Assembly (NCBI GenBank): GCA_963804165.1
Contig: CAWDPO010000043.1
Coordinates: forward strand, 1 to 64,000
Reading direction: 5' to 3'
DNA: 64,000 nucleotides
Source of the DNA: an uncultured delta proteobacterium
GTDB taxonomy: Bacteria > Desulfobacterota > Binatia > UBA9968
Shown here: piece after piece, positions 62,035 to 64,000 of the stretch
How the letters are laid out: each line of letters starts with the position of its first letter
Position numbering within the stretch: the stretch's first letter is position 1
The notes under the pieces: model-generated
The model's input: only the letters and a program-made list of their open reading frames with translations
Told to the model about the DNA's origin: nothing
The model's database searches: none
Made by a program: the position numbers and the translations under genes

Positions 62035-63393
62035 TCACGGCCCGACTTTTACCGCCGTCACATCCCCTTTGACGCCAAGCCCTAACGTCATCGGTAGCGT
62101 CACATAGTGCCGCCTATTGGAAACTGTGTCGTCGAAGATACCAAATCCAATGGGATAGGCAGTTCCCGGTTTCAGAACTTTGTCGTCTGCTTGCCCCGTG
62201 TTCAATTTACGTCGGAGTTCTACGATCCAGTGTCCGTCGACATACCGTCCGAATGCCTGGACGTCGGCAGCACTGCCCTCGGGCTCACGTAGTAGATACT
62301 GCGGCAGAAGGTCTCCGACATTGAATTTGGCGTTCGGGTCAAGCGCCACCGCGTTCTTTTTCTCGATCAGCGCCGCTTGTCCCATACGAGCTTGGAGTTG
62401 CGATTCGGGAATGGCTTGGAAGCCAGTCATCTTTTCATCGTACATGAACTGGGGTTTAGGCGGGTTAAAAAACGGCGAGCGGCCGGCGTCGCCATTGCGG
62501 TACTCGAGCACCCAATCGTCGCTCGCATAGCCGGCAGCGTTGGAGCGAGCGGCGCGCCACTGCCAGAACTCCAGAAATTTTCCTGCTGTCTTGAGTTTGT
62601 TTAGCTCAGTCGCCGGCTTCACCTTATCCCATGCGCCGGAGTTGTCTTGTGCCGTGCGCGTAATCAACAAATATTTTCGGATGTCGCCGACCCGCCGACC
62701 CTTCTCGCCCCAGTATGGGTGCGGATCAATCGCTTTGCGCGGGACGTCGTTGGGCATGGCGCGCATGCTATTGTGGCAAGTCATCCAACAGCCGACTTGC
62801 GAGAACGTTGCGCCTGAACCGTCGTAGGCGGTCACGTTATTAGGATCATCCAGTATAATCGCCAGCCGGTCCTCGTAGCTGGGCAGTATTCCCTTCTTGG
62901 TCGCTTCGGGTTTTTCTCCGCCCCACGCGACCCACTGCTTGCCGTCATAGCGCCAAAGCGTGTGCATCGCGTGGGGTACTTTACTCGCCCAGCGGAACTG
63001 CAAGTAGATGAACTCTGCATCGTAAGCGGCGCGAACGGTGAGATCGACCGAAGGAATCTTCCCGGCGATGGGATCGTTTTCGCGCGGACCAGCTTGAACC
63101 AACTTGGCGCCGAGTGCTTTCTCTTGGCCCGTGTGACAGGTGGCGCAGCCAGCATCTATAGCCTGGGCGCCTGGGTGAGCCGCGCTGGTCAAGTATTGCC
63201 AAGAGGTTTGACCGGGGTAGAACAACGTGACGGTCTTAGCCGGGATCTTTTCCCAATCGCCGGGGAAATTAAACAGCTTCGGGCCTGTTATCTCCGAAGG
63301 CGCAACGCCAAGCACGGCGCAGCTCCCCGCTATCGCGGCAAATGTCAACACGACTAGCGCAGAGACCATCCAGCCAGGCTTATTCTTCATCAT
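62035..63393 (-). CDS. Lipoprotein with ethylbenzene-dehydrogenase-gamma-like (EB_dh/DOMON) heme domain plus c-heme motifs
   Basis: Lipobox AGSC; CATCH and CWMTCH; YEDRLA, FWQWRAARS, W.VELRRKLNTG, RRHYVT. Confidence 0.7.
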   Translation of the reverse strand: MMKNKPGWMVSALVVLTFAAIAGSCAVLGVAPSEITGPKLFNFPGDWEKIPAKTVTLFYPGQTSWQYLTSAAHPGAQAIDAGCATCHTGQEKALGAKLVQAGPRENDPIAGKIPSVDLTVRAAYDAEFIYLQFRWASKVPHAMHTLWRYDGKQWVAWGGEKPEATKKGILPSYEDRLAIILDDPNNVTAYDGSGATFSQVGCWMTCHNSMRAMPNDVPRKAIDPHPYWGEKGRRVGDIRKYLLITRTAQDNSGAWDKVKPATELNKLKTAGKFLEFWQWRAARSNAAGYASDDWVLEYRNGDAGRSPFFNPPKPQFMYDEKMTGFQAIPESQLQARMGQAALIEKKNAVALDPNAKFNVGDLLPQYLLREPEGSAADVQAFGRYVDGHWIVELRRKLNTGQADDKVLKPGTAYPIGFGIFDDTVSNRRHYVTLPMTLGLGVKGDVTAVKVGP

Positions 63394-63765
63394 TTTCGCT
63401 CCTCTATTTTTATTAACTTTGCCGACTAGCCCGAAAGACCACTCTCACAGGCGATGTTTCTCAACATCGTTCCTAGCGTTGACGAGAACGATCTCGCCCA
63501 TCCGCGTCTGGGAGATTCCCTCAAGGCTGGCGCAGGGCTGCGCGAGAATTTTATTGCGGACATGAATTCCTTGCAACGACGCCTACTTTTACGCCGTCAA
63601 TGCGGGTTGGGCGAAGCCGGACAACGAGGATTAAGCCGCAAAAAAACCTTTTACGTGTTCCAGTCTCAAAAACTTAAATGCGAACTTACCTCAGGATTCT
63701 CATCGTCTTGTAGCACTAAGGTTCCGCGCGCGTCTATGGGTCAATCGGCCCACGTTAACGGCTCC

Positions 63766-64000
63766 TTAGTCTCCGCCCTGCATTGTCCGAAAAACACAGC
63801 CGGAACTCGAACCGTGCGGGCAACCTTGGAGCATCAGACCACGGATCGCGGCTTCGACGCGATTGCGCAGCCCGAACTTTCTGAGGATTTTTTCCATATG
63901 CCGTTTAACAGTGGCAGGACTAATGCTTAGGTCCAACGCGATCTCTTTGTTGGTCCTGGCCCGTGCGACAAGAGCGAGCACCCGCTGTTCGGCGGCGGTG
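63766..64000 (-). CDS. LuxR-type HTH regulator, C-terminal part (5' end outside the window)
   Basis: TAAEQRVLALVA..TNKEIA.DL.IS..TVKRHMEKILRKFG..NR. Confidence 0.75.
   Translation of the reverse strand, partial: TAAEQRVLALVARARTNKEIALDLSISPATVKRHMEKILRKFGLRNRVEAAIRGLMLQGCPHGSSSGCVFRTMQGGD

Overview
This is a bacterial window of roughly 55% GC, probably from an uncultured soil or sediment lineage; a Binatia/deltaproteobacteria-like origin is only an inference. Many conserved genes carry single-base indels, which looks like an unpolished long-read assembly. The first ~23 kb is a copper/metal homeostasis island: two TolC genes, a Tat-exported two-domain multicopper oxidase, CusF-domain proteins, cytochrome c-CusF fusions, and YHS, SHOCT, DUF2933, ICMT-family and Met-rich proteins. 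It is interleaved with glgX, treT and an IS4 element. The 23-47 kb stretch holds a CoA-disulfide reductase-rhodanese, a MacB/LolCDE-like ABC system, an Npt1-HEAT-cNMP module, a YeeE/YedE pair, OsmC, a lone PaaA-like diiron protein, glgP and a P-type ATPase. The last 17 kb has a qNor and an MtrAB porin-cytochrome/nonaheme/Rieske/cytochrome b cluster bracketed by a duplicated hemerythrin-cytochrome c-NapC module. Two signals stand out. First, four divergent secreted His/Cys-rich ORFs end in ..(S/T)(V/K)L(R/Q)I-stop, and each sits directly upstream of another exported-protein gene behind an SD-sequestering hairpin or a terminator, suggesting a family of metal-sensing leader peptides. Second, three in-frame UGA codons are each followed by a SECIS-like hairpin, in both YeeE/YedE genes and in an unannotated 52-aa membrane peptide, making them candidate selenoproteins.
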